Below the pieces are notes generated by a model. It had not been told where the DNA came from and searched no databases. It was given only the letters and a program-made list of their open reading frames with translations. Positions 10,994 through 21,623 of a stretch of 64,000 bases of DNA are shown piece by piece. Where the stretch lies: the IMG/VR virus record IMGVR_UViG_3300032116_015770; one strand, written 5' to 3'. The position numbers and the translations under genes are program-made. The stretch is from a virus. Positions within the stretch are counted from its first letter, which is position 1. Every line of letters starts with the position of its first letter.

Positions 10994-12538
10994 ATGGCTA
11001 TTACACTATTTGGCTTTACTATTGGTCGTGACAATAGGCAGCAGGAGTTAAAGAATCAATCTTATATAACTCCTGTTGCTGAAGATGGTGCTTCTACTGT
11101 ATCTGCAGGGGGCTATTATGGCACGTATGTAGATATCGACGCATCTGCGAGATCCGAGTCTGAATTAATAACACGTTATAGAGATATAGCTAACTACCCT
11201 GATGTAGATACGGCGGTAGAAGAAATTGTTGCAGAGGCTATCGCCGCTGTTGACGACGAGCCGCCAGTATCTATTAATATAGATAATTTAGATTTAGATG
11301 AAAGTATTAAAGATACTATTAAAGAAGAGTTTGATGAAATACTAAGCTTACTTGACTTCAATGATAAAGGTCATGATATTTTTAGAAGATGGTATATTGA
11401 TGGAAGAGTATATTATCAAAAAGTAATCAATACAGCTCAACCTAAAAAAGGTATTCAAGAGTTAAGATATATTGACCCGCGTAAGATTAGAAAAGTACGT
11501 GAGGTACAAAAAGAAAAAACAAAAGACGGGGTAGAGTTAGTTAAGAAGATCGATGAGTTCTTCGTCTACAACGAAAAAGGAATTAGTGTAACACCTGGTT
11601 ATGCTCCATCTAACAACCAAGGTGCGGGTATTAGAATTTCTGTAGATGCTATTGCATTCTGTCCTTCAGGTCTTTTAGATCTAGATAGGAATGTAGTCTT
11701 AGGTTATTTGAACAAAGCAATTAAACCTGTGAATCAGCTAAAGATGATGGCTGATTCTCTTGTCATTTATAGACTAGCAAGAGCTCCGGAAAGAAGAATA
11801 TTTTATATCGATATCGGTAACCTTCCAAAGCAGAAGGCCGAGCAGTACATGAAAGATATCATGAATCGATATAGAAACAAAATCGTCTATGATTCTACTA
11901 CAGGTGAGATTAAAGACGATCGTAAGTTTATGACCATGTTAGAAGATTTTTGGCTTCCCCGAAGAGAGGGTGGTCGAGGTACCGAGATCACCACTTTACC
12001 GGGTGGTGAAAATCTCGGTCAGATACAAGACATTGAGTTCTTCCAAAATAAAGTTTATCAAGCATTGAATGTACCTGCTTCAAGATTTAAAGAAGGTAAT
12101 GGTTTTAATTTCGGTCGTCAGGCTGAAATTAGTAGAGACGAATTAAAGTTCTCTAAATTTGTAAATCGTCTACGCAAAAAGTTTAATGAGTTGTTTGACG
12201 ACTTACTTAAGACCCAATTACTTCTTAAAGGTGTTATTGTAGAAGAAGATTGGCAGACGATAAAAGAAAAAATTCAATATCGTTATGCACAAGATCAGTA
12301 TTATCAAGAAATGAAAGATGCTGAAAATCTTCGCAATAGAATGGACGTATTAAATCAAATGACACCTTATGTTGGTACATATTATAGTATGCAGTATGTA
12401 CGTAAAAAAGTTTTACGTTTAACTGATGAAGAGATTGATAATATTAAACAACAAAATATGGAAGAACCTCCATCAGTTATGCCTGGTGCACCAGGTTCAG
12501 AACAAGCCGCCGCATTAAGCGGCGAAGTAAATCAGTAA
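10994..12538 (+). CDS. 20: Portal protein gp20
   Basis: YRLARAPERRIFYID, EDFWLPRREGGRGTEI motifs. Confidence 0.97.
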   Translation: MAITLFGFTIGRDNRQQELKNQSYITPVAEDGASTVSAGGYYGTYVDIDASARSESELITRYRDIANYPDVDTAVEEIVAEAIAAVDDEPPVSINIDNLDLDESIKDTIKEEFDEILSLLDFNDKGHDIFRRWYIDGRVYYQKVINTAQPKKGIQELRYIDPRKIRKVREVQKEKTKDGVELVKKIDEFFVYNEKGISVTPGYAPSNNQGAGIRISVDAIAFCPSGLLDLDRNVVLGYLNKAIKPVNQLKMMADSLVIYRLARAPERRIFYIDIGNLPKQKAEQYMKDIMNRYRNKIVYDSTTGEIKDDRKFMTMLEDFWLPRREGGRGTEITTLPGGENLGQIQDIEFFQNKVYQALNVPASRFKEGNGFNFGRQAEISRDELKFSKFVNRLRKKFNELFDDLLKTQLLLKGVIVEEDWQTIKEKIQYRYAQDQYYQEMKDAENLRNRMDVLNQMTPYVGTYYSMQYVRKKVLRLTDEEIDNIKQQNMEEPPSVMPGAPGSEQAAALSGEVNQ

Positions 12539-12546
12539 TATAAATA
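12539..12546 (+). promoter_or_regulatory. Late promoter TATAAATA
   Basis: Exact consensus upstream of the prohead core genes. Confidence 0.8.
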
Positions 12547-12571
12547 TTATATAATTTTTCAAGGAGTTATT

Positions 12572-12805
12572 GTGGAAAACGCAGACATTATTAACAAAAT
12601 GATTGATGACATCCTTAACGGTGATAACGTTGAAGCAGAGCAAGGTGTTAATGCCGTTCTTGCTAGTAAGATTTCAAGTGCATTAGATGACCGTAAGGTA
12701 GAAATTGCACAATCAATTTACGGAAAAAAAGACGATGAAGTTTCGCAGGAAGACTTACCTGAAGAAGAAATTGATGTTGAAGAAGATACGACAGAGGTCG
12801 AGTAA
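12572..12805 (+). CDS. Prohead core protein, gp67-like
   Basis: Small acidic protein directly after the portal gene. Confidence 0.65.
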   Translation: MENADIINKMIDDILNGDNVEAEQGVNAVLASKISSALDDRKVEIAQSIYGKKDDEVSQEDLPEEEIDVEEDTTEVE

Positions 12806-12813
12806 AGGCTAAC

Positions 12814-14499
12814 ATGGCAATTAATTTTCTAAACCTTAGAGCATCGCTGGAAGAAAAAACATTAACACCAGCAGAAAAGAAAAAGCGCGAAGAAGTAGCT
12901 AAGGCTATTGAGCGTGAAAATCCAAACATGCCTATGGGTATGAAAATGGCTATTGCTACAAAGACAGCCAAGCGTGTTGCAGAAGAGACAAAATATTATT
13001 CTTTAGTACATAAAGCTACTAATAAGGTTTTAAGTACCCATAAAGATCTAGAATCCGCTAAAGACGAACACCGAGGTATGGATCAAGGTGAGCGAGCTCA
13101 CTATCGTATTGCCACGTCAACTAAAGAACCAAAGACATGGAATATGAAAGAAGAGTTAGATGAATTAAATCAAATGACTCTCCAGCGTTATGCATCTAAA
13201 GCTTATAGAGTTGGTATGCAAGGTGGTCCTAAATCAGCTAAGCATTTAGCTGGTGCACAAAGAGCAAAAGAAAAATTAAAGTATGGTGATTATAGCGAAG
13301 AAGTTGAACAAGTTGACGAGTTAAAACAGTCTACTGTTAAAAGTTATATGAACAAATCTATTTCAGACTTTGGTCATCAAAACTTTATGAGCCGTGTTGG
13401 TAAAGGCTCCGATAAAGAAACTGCTACCAGAAAAGCCAAGAATAGATCCCTAGGTATCGAACGAGCAAATAAAAAAGTTGTCGGCGAAGATTTAGAACAA
13501 GTCGATGAAGTCTCTAAGAAGACAGCCTTAAGTTATATTCAAAAGAAAGTATCTCAGATTGCAAAACGGCCTGGTGAAGCTATGTTATATACCACCAAGA
13601 TGACCGGTAAAGATTATTCGAATTTAAAAAAAGCATATAAGCGTGCTGGAGTTAAAGAAGAATTTGAAATTTCTGAAGCTTATACTGAAGACGATATTGC
13701 CAATGGTGGTACAGTCATATACAAGCACCAAGGCAAACATTATATGAGCAAAGTTTCTCATAAAACAGGTGGTGGTGCCGGCACCAAAATTCATACTACA
13801 TCATCCTTAGGTCATGTAGTACCTTTACATAACGTAGTTTCCACAGACGCTTCAGATTGGAACACTTATAAAAACAGACCTGTTAAAGAAGAATTTGAAC
13901 TTGACGAAGCCAGTCAGTTTCCATCTAAAGAGCATGCTATTAAATATGCTAAAGAAAAAGTAAAGACACATAAGGACTCCGACGATGGCATTGAAGTATA
14001 TTCTATGCCTAGTGGTGGAGCTAGAGTAGTACATACTATGAATAGTCAAGGCCGTCAACAGGTATTAAAAGGTGGCGGTAAAAAAGTAACTACAGTTACA
14101 CGCGAACAAGTTGAGTTAGATGAAGCTGGACCTTTTTCTTATGGTATGAAGCCTCCTAGAAAAGGTACCATAGCTTATAATGCTATGATGAAGCGTAAAG
14201 AGCAAGAAAAAGGTAAACAACCTATTGAACCAAAAGATCAAATGGTTGGTATAGCTAAAAAATTAACTAAAGAAGAAGACACTCACTATTGTGCCAAGCA
14301 TGTATACTCAGAGCTGTTTGGTGAAGGTCAAGTTGTTGAAGGTGATCATGCTGAGCCAAATGAAGACGGTCACGTAGAGTGGTACAACGTACAATTCGAA
14401 CATGGTATTGAAAAAGTATTTACTGAAGATATCGAAATTATGATGGCAGAATATCATGCTAATCATAAACGCAAAAAGAGAATGACAAATGGCAGATAA
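12814..14499 (+). CDS. Prohead core/internal head protein with repeated acidic linkers (modular polyprotein-like)
   Basis: Between gp67-like and gp21; recurring EELDE/EQVDE/ELDEA linkers separate basic modules. Confidence 0.55.
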   Translation: MAINFLNLRASLEEKTLTPAEKKKREEVAKAIERENPNMPMGMKMAIATKTAKRVAEETKYYSLVHKATNKVLSTHKDLESAKDEHRGMDQGERAHYRIATSTKEPKTWNMKEELDELNQMTLQRYASKAYRVGMQGGPKSAKHLAGAQRAKEKLKYGDYSEEVEQVDELKQSTVKSYMNKSISDFGHQNFMSRVGKGSDKETATRKAKNRSLGIERANKKVVGEDLEQVDEVSKKTALSYIQKKVSQIAKRPGEAMLYTTKMTGKDYSNLKKAYKRAGVKEEFEISEAYTEDDIANGGTVIYKHQGKHYMSKVSHKTGGGAGTKIHTTSSLGHVVPLHNVVSTDASDWNTYKNRPVKEEFELDEASQFPSKEHAIKYAKEKVKTHKDSDDGIEVYSMPSGGARVVHTMNSQGRQQVLKGGGKKVTTVTREQVELDEAGPFSYGMKPPRKGTIAYNAMMKRKEQEKGKQPIEPKDQMVGIAKKLTKEEDTHYCAKHVYSELFGEGQVVEGDHAEPNEDGHVEWYNVQFEHGIEKVFTEDIEIMMAEYHANHKRKKRMTNGR

Positions 14500-14881
14500 A
14501 CATATTTTAAAAAATACTCGCAGACAAGCTGCGGTAAAAGTATCTGGCACCGGTAGTGCAACTATCAGTGTCCAAGAACTAGCGTATGGTGATCAAACTA
14601 TCACTACAGCTAATCTTCAGTTAATGCTAACCGATGCGTCTTTTATGACATTAGCTAACGGTAATGTTACACGCAACGGTAACTTAATTTTAGTTATGCC
14701 AGCCGGTTCTGCTGATACTCTCACATTTACAAATGACCTAGGGGTTCATCTTAACGAACAAGCAAATGCTAACGTTGTAGTTAACCTAGGTGCGTCTGAA
14801 GGTGTCGTTATTCTTCAATTCTCTAAGGGTGATGGATACAACGATCCTAACAGACAAAATCAAGGACCAGGCTCACTATGA
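14489..14881 (+). CDS. Hypothetical head-module protein
   Basis: Coupled ORF just before gp21. Confidence 0.6.
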   Translation: MADKHILKNTRRQAAVKVSGTGSATISVQELAYGDQTITTANLQLMLTDASFMTLANGNVTRNGNLILVMPAGSADTLTFTNDLGVHLNEQANANVVVNLGASEGVVILQFSKGDGYNDPNRQNQGPGSL

Positions 14882-15525
14882 AACTAATTACTGAAACAGT
14901 TCAGGACGTTAAGTTCCTTACCGAAGCTAGAGAAGACGGTAGAAAGAATTTTTACATCGAAGGTATCTTCGGTCAGTCCGATAAAGAAAATAAAAACGGT
15001 AGAATCTATGGCTCTAACTTAATGGAGCGTGAGGTCGGTAAGTATCAAGACCTTATTAACGAAAGACGTTCATTAGGTGAATTAGGTCATCCTCCTAATC
15101 CTTCCGTTAATTTAGATAAAGTATCACATTTAATTACCAAGTTAGAAATGAATGGTAAAGATGTGTATGGTAAGGCAAAAATTTTAGAAACTCCTATGGG
15201 TAATATTGCTCGTAATCTAATTGAGAACGAGGTTCGTTTAGGAGTATCTACGCGTGGTCTGGGTTCATTAAAAGCTAATAAACAAGGCGTTAATGAAGTA
15301 CAAGACGATTTTCATTTAGTTACAGTGGATATCGTTGCTGATCCTTCTGCACCAGATGCTTTTGTACAAGGCATTATGGAGTCTGCAGAGTGGATTTTAG
15401 AAAACGGAGTTTGGAAAGCTGTACAAGTTGAACAAGCTCAGAAGGCGATTAAAAAGGCTTCAAAAACCGAATTAGCAGATACAAAATTGCGTGTTTTTGA
15501 ATCATTTTTAAGAACTATCAAGTAA
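14878..15525 (+). CDS. 21: Prohead protease gp21
   Basis: GELGHP, GVSTRGLGS, DIVADPSAPDAFV motifs. Confidence 0.96.
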   Translation: MKLITETVQDVKFLTEAREDGRKNFYIEGIFGQSDKENKNGRIYGSNLMEREVGKYQDLINERRSLGELGHPPNPSVNLDKVSHLITKLEMNGKDVYGKAKILETPMGNIARNLIENEVRLGVSTRGLGSLKANKQGVNEVQDDFHLVTVDIVADPSAPDAFVQGIMESAEWILENGVWKAVQVEQAQKAIKKASKTELADTKLRVFESFLRTIK

Positions 15526-15533
15526 CTAATCTT

Positions 15534-15541
15534 TATAAATA
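15534..15541 (+). promoter_or_regulatory. Late promoter TATAAATA (gp22)
   Basis: Exact consensus. Confidence 0.85.
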
Positions 15542-15574
15542 TTAATTGTTAAAACAAACTCTTAGGAGATCAGG

Positions 15575-16678
15575 ATGTCAGTCGAAGCTAAAATTAAAGA
15601 ATTGCTATCTCGTGCAAACGAGCAGAAGCAATTGACTGAAGAGTCTGCAGAAAACCTAAATGCAGCTGGCTATGGTGATGCCGGCAGCAAAGCAGCTAGT
15701 AGCGCGAAGAAAGACACTTCTAAAGCTGGTCAGGCTGCCATTGCTGGTGATACCACTCAACCTAAGCAAGGTTCATCTGAAGATCCTTCCATGGAAAAAC
15801 TAGACGATTTAGAGCCAGGTAAAACTGCTTCTTCTAAAATGTCTAAAGAGCCAAACACTCTTAACACAAAGGGTGATGCTAAGTCTGTAAAGACTCAAGC
15901 AATGGAAGAAGAAGAACATGACGAAGAAGTTATCGTTGAAGAAGAGGAAGAAGCACTAGATGTTAGTGCTGAACTAAACTCTATCTTCGGTGAAGAACTA
16001 TCAGAAGAATTTAAATCAAAAGCTACTTCTATTTTCGAAGCAGCAGTTATTGCAAGAGTTAATTCCGAAATGGATAAAGTAGTTGCAAAGCTAGAAGAGC
16101 AAGCAGCTGCTGAATTAGCAACATTTAAAGAGACAATCGTTGAGAAGGTTGACGGTTATCTTAATTATGTTGTTGAGCAATGGATGGAAGAAAACCAAGT
16201 TGCTATTGACTCTGGTTTAAGAACAGAGATTGCTGAAGACTTTATTTCTGGTCTTAAGAACTTATTTGTTGAACATTACATCGAAGTACCTGAAGAGAAG
16301 TATGATGTGATGGATGAACTTCAGACTAAGACTGAAGAACTAGAAAGCAAGTTAAATGAATCTATTGATGCAAATATTGAGCTCGCAAAAGAATTAGAAG
16401 AACTAAAAGCTTCTAAGATTTTTGAAGAGCAAACCAAAGGTTTAGCCGACACTGAAGTTGCAAAACTTAAGAAGTTAGTGGAAGGTATTGACTTTGGTTC
16501 AGAAGATCTCTACCGTGAGAAAATTTCAGTTATTAAAGAAAATTATTTCCCTAAAGCTGCAAAGAATTCTCCAGAGAAAATGCTCGTTGAAGAAAGTGGT
16601 ACAACACCTACTTTCAACAGTAACGATCCAATGGCTAAGTACGTTCAGAGCTTATCAAGAACCGTCAAGTCACGTTAA
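15575..16678 (+). CDS. 22: Prohead scaffold protein gp22
   Basis: FKSKATSIFEAAV, YLNYVVEQW motifs; acidic coiled coil; synteny. Confidence 0.93.
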   Translation: MSVEAKIKELLSRANEQKQLTEESAENLNAAGYGDAGSKAASSAKKDTSKAGQAAIAGDTTQPKQGSSEDPSMEKLDDLEPGKTASSKMSKEPNTLNTKGDAKSVKTQAMEEEEHDEEVIVEEEEEALDVSAELNSIFGEELSEEFKSKATSIFEAAVIARVNSEMDKVVAKLEEQAAAELATFKETIVEKVDGYLNYVVEQWMEENQVAIDSGLRTEIAEDFISGLKNLFVEHYIEVPEEKYDVMDELQTKTEELESKLNESIDANIELAKELEELKASKIFEEQTKGLADTEVAKLKKLVEGIDFGSEDLYREKISVIKENYFPKAAKNSPEKMLVEESGTTPTFNSNDPMAKYVQSLSRTVKSR

Positions 16679-16680
16679 TT

Positions 16681-16688
16681 TATAAATA
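16681..16688 (+). promoter_or_regulatory. Late promoter TATAAATA (gp23)
   Basis: Exact consensus followed by an AAGGAG SD. Confidence 0.85.
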
Positions 16689-16717
16689 ATAAAACATTTC
16701 CATAAAAGGAGAAGGTA

Positions 16718-18049
16718 ATGTACCTATCAGAACAACTTCAGGAAAAGTGGGGCAAGATCCTAAACCACGAAGATCTTCCTGAAATTAAAGATCAATATAA
16801 GAAGTCGGTTACCGCCGTTCTTCTTGAAAACCAAGAGAAAGCTCTTCGTGAAGAGCGTGCAATGTTGCAAGAAGCAGCACCTGCAAACAACATTTCTGAC
16901 ACAGCTGGTATCGACAAGTATGACCCAATTCTTATTGGTCTAGTTCGTCGTGCAATGCCTAACTTAATGGCATATGACATTTGCGGTGTTCAGCCAATGA
17001 CTGGTCCTACAGGTCTAATTTTTGCAATGCGTTCCGTATACGGTAACGTTCGTACAGATTCAGGTCTAACTGAAGCTCTATACAACGAAGCTGATACCGA
17101 CTTCTCGTCTTCAGGTTACGATACAGCATACGCTGGTACAGCTAAGAACGGTTCACACACTGGTTCAAACCCAGTTGATGGTTCTTACACAACTGGTGGT
17201 GGTATGACCACAGCTGAAGCAGAAGCTTTAGGTGATGCTTCTACTAACAACTTCGGTTCAATGGCATTTGCTATTGACAAGACAACTGTTACAGCTCGTT
17301 CACGTGCTCTAAAAGCTGAGTACACTCTAGAATTAGCACAAGACTTAAAAGCAGTTCATGGTCTTGACGCTGAGTCAGAGTTATCAAACATTCTTTCACA
17401 AGAAATTATGTTTGAAATCAACCGTGAAGTAGTTCGTACAATCTACAAAGTTGCTAAGCCAGGTTCACCTGCTACAGCAACAGCTGGTACCTTTAACCTA
17501 GATGTTGACTCAAATGGCCGTTGGTCTGTTGAGCGCTTCAAGGGTCTCTTATTCAACATCGAGCGTGATGCTAATCACATCGGTCAAGACACCCGTAGAG
17601 GGAAAGGTAACTTCATCGTATGTTCAGCTGACGTAGCTTCTGCATTGTCAATGGCTGGCGTACTTGACTACGCACCTGCTCTATCAACTAACTTAAACGT
17701 TGATGACACAGGTAACACTTTTGCTGGTATCCTAAACGGTCGTTATCGTGTCTACATCGACCCATATTCAGCTAACCTAGGTGCTGCATCGCAGTTCTAC
17801 GTTGTTGGTTATAAGGGTACTTCACCATATGACGCAGGTATGTTCTACTGCCCATATGTTCCTCTACAGATGGTTCGTGCAGTTGATCCTAGCAGCTTCC
17901 AGCCAAAGATTGGCTTCAAGACTCGTTACGGTATGATTGCTAACCCATATGTAACAACTAACGCTAATAGTGCAGTTGCAGATACAGATACATTTACTGC
18001 AAACCGTAACCAGTACTATCGTCGTACTAAGGTTGTAAACTTAATGTAA
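16718..18049 (+). CDS. 23: Major capsid protein gp23
   Basis: GVQPMTGPTGLIFAMR, ELAQDLKAVHGLDAE, FQPKIGFKTRYG motifs. Confidence 0.98.
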   Translation: MYLSEQLQEKWGKILNHEDLPEIKDQYKKSVTAVLLENQEKALREERAMLQEAAPANNISDTAGIDKYDPILIGLVRRAMPNLMAYDICGVQPMTGPTGLIFAMRSVYGNVRTDSGLTEALYNEADTDFSSSGYDTAYAGTAKNGSHTGSNPVDGSYTTGGGMTTAEAEALGDASTNNFGSMAFAIDKTTVTARSRALKAEYTLELAQDLKAVHGLDAESELSNILSQEIMFEINREVVRTIYKVAKPGSPATATAGTFNLDVDSNGRWSVERFKGLLFNIERDANHIGQDTRRGKGNFIVCSADVASALSMAGVLDYAPALSTNLNVDDTGNTFAGILNGRYRVYIDPYSANLGAASQFYVVGYKGTSPYDAGMFYCPYVPLQMVRAVDPSSFQPKIGFKTRYGMIANPYVTTNANSAVADTDTFTANRNQYYRRTKVVNLM

Positions 18050-18093
18050 TCTAGCTCTGCGGGGCTAGAAAGTAACCGACATAGATCGGGTTT

Positions 18094-18120
18094 AAGAGGG
18101 CCTTCGGGCCCTCTTTTTTT
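18094..18120 (+). terminator. Intrinsic terminator after gp23
   Basis: AAGAGGGCC-TTCG-GGCCCTCTT hairpin with a C(UUCG)G tetraloop and a U tract. Confidence 0.92.
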
Positions 18121-18163
18121 ATGGATAAATATATAAAAGTACTAAAAAGGATGGATTTTTTTC

Positions 18164-18751
18164 ATGTTTACTACTAATATAGCAGAGTTAAAAGAGTCTA
18201 TTAGTTCCGGTCCTCCGGTAGTATATAATTACTTACGTCCTAATGCGTTTAGATTCGTAATTAAGGATTTACCCAGAGTGGCTTACACTTGTCAATCGGC
18301 TAATTTACCGCAACTGGCATTAGGTTCAGCAATTCAACCTACACCTTTTGTAGACGTTCCTGTTTTTGGTGATAAGTTAGGTTACGGTGATTTTGCTATT
18401 AGGTTCCTAATTGCAGAAGATATGTCAAATTATCTGGAATTATTGGAATGGATGATTGCACTTGGCTTCCCTAACAACTATAATGATTATAGTGCATTTG
18501 TAGGTGAAAGGCTAAACCGTTTTCCATTTGTTTCAGCAGATGGTACTAGATCAACTGGAGGTATAGCTTATTCTGATGCAACGTTAACTATCTTAGATAG
18601 TAATAATATACCAAAAACAGAAATATTATTTAAGGACACATTCCCAGTTTCAGTTGAAGCATTAGATTTTGATATAACGTCGAGTAGTGTAGAATATTTT
18701 GTAGGAATCGCTTCATTTAAATATACGACATTTGAAGTGAAAACACTTTAA
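18164..18751 (+). CDS. 3: Tail completion/tube terminator gp3
   Basis: NYLRPNAFRF, SDATLTIL, FKDTFPVS motifs; position after gp23. Confidence 0.82.
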   Translation: MFTTNIAELKESISSGPPVVYNYLRPNAFRFVIKDLPRVAYTCQSANLPQLALGSAIQPTPFVDVPVFGDKLGYGDFAIRFLIAEDMSNYLELLEWMIALGFPNNYNDYSAFVGERLNRFPFVSADGTRSTGGIAYSDATLTILDSNNIPKTEILFKDTFPVSVEALDFDITSSSVEYFVGIASFKYTTFEVKTL

Positions 18752-18769
18752 TTTTTTATTGGAGTTATT

Positions 18770-19681
18770 ATGGAAGTAGAAAATATGAGTAAGAATCAAA
18801 GACAAATTCAGATCAACGTTGAAGAATTGCGTAAGAATAAATTCTTCATCGCCACTCCTTGTTATGGTGGTCAGTTAAACGAACCGTACTTCCGTTCTGT
18901 CATCAAGATGATGACATTCTTTAATCAGCATCAAGTACCTCTAGCATTTGGTACTATTGCTAACGAATCGCTAGTAACACGCGCACGTAATGTGCTAGTA
19001 GCTTACTTCCTTAACTCCGATTATACACATCTACTCTTCATCGATGCTGATATTGAGTTTCAAGTAGAAGATGTTCTTAAACTATACTACCATGATAGAG
19101 ATGTAGTGGTTGGTGCTTATCCTAAAAAGGGTGTTGCATGGCAGCGTATTAAAGAAACCATGCAGGATAGTAATTTTAAAGACAAGCAATTGTCTGATAA
19201 AGAGATTGCTGCCTTTGGTTCTGACTATGCTATTAACTTCAAGTTTGTAGATAAAGAGGCAAAGTCTGTTGCTGTAGATCGTGGAGTAATTAAACTACAT
19301 GATGCAGGGACCGGCTTTATGATGATTAAGAGAGACGCAATTCTTAAAATGATCAAAGCCTATCCTGAGCTAAGATACAACAACGATGTTGCTCTAGGTA
19401 ATACTGATCTAGGTGATAATTTCTATGCCTTATTCGATACTATGATCGATCCTATTGATCGTCGTTATCTATCAGAAGATTATACCTTCTGTCGTCGTTG
19501 GCAAGAACTAGGTGGTGATATCTGGCTTGACCCTTCTATCTCGCTTAACCACTATGGTCACTTCTGCTTCCAGGGTAATCCTCAGGCTATCATTCAATTC
19601 GGGCCTCCTATTGAGACAACACAACCTGTTCGTCAAGATATTAAGACCATTGACCTCCCTGACGAGCTAGAGCGCGCTTAA
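18770..19681 (+). CDS. GT-A fold glycosyltransferase-like protein
   Basis: IATPCYGG, ESLVTRARN, LFIDADI (DxD), GTGFMMI, SEDYTFC motifs. Confidence 0.75.
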   Translation: MEVENMSKNQRQIQINVEELRKNKFFIATPCYGGQLNEPYFRSVIKMMTFFNQHQVPLAFGTIANESLVTRARNVLVAYFLNSDYTHLLFIDADIEFQVEDVLKLYYHDRDVVVGAYPKKGVAWQRIKETMQDSNFKDKQLSDKEIAAFGSDYAINFKFVDKEAKSVAVDRGVIKLHDAGTGFMMIKRDAILKMIKAYPELRYNNDVALGNTDLGDNFYALFDTMIDPIDRRYLSEDYTFCRRWQELGGDIWLDPSISLNHYGHFCFQGNPQAIIQFGPPIETTQPVRQDIKTIDLPDELERA

Positions 19682-19695
19682 TAACACCTTATATT

Positions 19696-20136
19696 ATGAA
19701 ATTAAGTGAATTACAAGAAGAGTGGAAAAGGGACTCTGTTATAGATGAACTTAATCTAGGTAGAGAATCTACTAAGGTTCCCACTCTTCACTCCAAATAT
19801 ATTACCTTTCTATCTAATGCGAAATTAAAACTTCGCAAAGCTGAGTCAGAGTATTATAATACCCGAAGAATGAAGTATCGTTATTATCGAGGTGAGCTAT
19901 CGCAGGAAGAACTCATCCAGTATGGTTGGGAACAGTGGCAAGGTAATAAACCACTTAAAAACGAGATGGACGAGTTTCTTAACTGTGATAAAGATCTTAT
20001 AGAATTTGAAGATAAAATAGAATACTTTAGAACTATAGTGTATACGTTAGAACAAATTATTCGTTCACTTAACTCTAGAACTTGGGATATAAAATCGGCT
20101 ATAGAATGGCATAAGTTTTCTAATGGTATGATTTAA
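19696..20136 (+). CDS. uvsY: Recombination mediator UvsY
   Basis: LHSKY, YYRG, IKSAIEWHKF motifs. Confidence 0.9.
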   Translation: MKLSELQEEWKRDSVIDELNLGRESTKVPTLHSKYITFLSNAKLKLRKAESEYYNTRRMKYRYYRGELSQEELIQYGWEQWQGNKPLKNEMDEFLNCDKDLIEFEDKIEYFRTIVYTLEQIIRSLNSRTWDIKSAIEWHKFSNGMI

Positions 20137-21623
20137 TGTCGGTAATCAAATTAATAAAGAAAAATGATGTATACTTAAGTGTGCATACAGATCCTTCTAC
20201 ATCACAGGAGATATCTGATCATTTTACTTTTGAAGTACCTGGCGCTAAATTCAGTCCATTATACAGAAACAAGATGTGGGATGGAAAGATAAGATTATTT
20301 TCTATGCTAACTCGAGAGTTATATGTTGGGTTAAAATCTTATCTAGAGCATTTCGCGCAAGTAAACGGTTATACTGTAGATAACTCTGAATATGTAGAGA
20401 CAAGCGATAGTGTTACATACGAGATAGTTGAAAAGTTTTGTAAAGAGTTAGATTTATCTTTACCTGGCAATGAGACTATTCGAGACTATCAAATCGACGC
20501 AGTATTCAGAGCTATACAAGACGGAAGACGTTTACTCCTATCACCTACCGGGTCAGGTAAATCTCTAATCATATATTGTCTTCTTAGATGGAATGAGTTG
20601 TTTAAAAGAAAGCAGCTCATTTTAGTTCCTACTACATCTCTAGTTGAACAGATGTATTCAGACTTTCAATCCTATTCAAAGAATAACGAATGGAAAGTAT
20701 CTAGACATTGTGCAAAGATATATTCAGGGTTTGAGAAGTCTAATGAATCAGAGATAGTTATATCTACTTGGCAGTCAGTATATGAACTTCCTAAGCAATT
20801 CTTTGCCCCATTTCAAGTAGTCTATGGTGACGAAGCACATACATTCAAGGCTAAGTCGTTAACTAGTATTATGCATAAGATGGTTAACTCCCCTTATAGA
20901 GTTGGAACTACAGGTACACTAGACGGCACAAAGACACACAAGTTAGTTCTAGAAGGCTTGTTTGGACCGGTATATAAGGTCACAACAACTAAAGAGCTCA
21001 TGGATCGTGAGCAATTGGCAGAACTAAAAATCAAAGGTATTGTTTTACAGTATGAAGATAGTATAAGAAAACAATGCAAAGAATATACTTATGCAGAGGA
21101 AATGGAGTTTTTATGCACGTTTCCCCCTAGAAATAAGTTTATTCGCAACCTAGCTTTAGCACAGACAGGAAACACACTAGTACTATATCAATTCGTAGAA
21201 AAACACGGTAAAATACTGAATGATTTAATTCAAGCAAAAGCTCAAGATAGAAAAGTATTTTTTGTCCATGGTGGTGTAGAGACTCAAATTAGAGAAGATA
21301 TTAGGAAGATTACAGAAGAGGAAACAGATGCTATTATTGTAGCTTCTTACGGTACATTTTCCACAGGGATAAATATAAGAAACCTACACAATGTTATATT
21401 TGCATCACCTACCAAGTCAAGAATTCGAAATCTTCAATCTATAGGTAGAGGATTAAGAAAAAGTGATACTAAGAATACCTGTACACTCTTCGACATTGGT
21501 GATGATTTAACCTGGAAGACAAGGAAGAATTATACTCTACTACATATGATTGAAAGAGTCAAGATTTACAATGATGAGCATTTTGAGTATAAACTTATAA
21601 AGGTAGATATTAATGCAATGTAA
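20136..21623 (+). CDS. uvsW: Helicase UvsW
   Basis: SPTGSGKS, DEAH, QSIGRGLR SF2 motifs. Confidence 0.95.
   Translation: MSVIKLIKKNDVYLSVHTDPSTSQEISDHFTFEVPGAKFSPLYRNKMWDGKIRLFSMLTRELYVGLKSYLEHFAQVNGYTVDNSEYVETSDSVTYEIVEKFCKELDLSLPGNETIRDYQIDAVFRAIQDGRRLLLSPTGSGKSLIIYCLLRWNELFKRKQLILVPTTSLVEQMYSDFQSYSKNNEWKVSRHCAKIYSGFEKSNESEIVISTWQSVYELPKQFFAPFQVVYGDEAHTFKAKSLTSIMHKMVNSPYRVGTTGTLDGTKTHKLVLEGLFGPVYKVTTTKELMDREQLAELKIKGIVLQYEDSIRKQCKEYTYAEEMEFLCTFPPRNKFIRNLALAQTGNTLVLYQFVEKHGKILNDLIQAKAQDRKVFFVHGGVETQIREDIRKITEEETDAIIVASYGTFSTGINIRNLHNVIFASPTKSRIRNLQSIGRGLRKSDTKNTCTLFDIGDDLTWKTRKNYTLLHMIERVKIYNDEHFEYKLIKVDINAM

Noticed and set aside
6978-18049. Introns or inteins in the terminase, portal or capsid genes
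   Set aside because: ORFs are continuous, of normal length, and show no intein or intron motifs.
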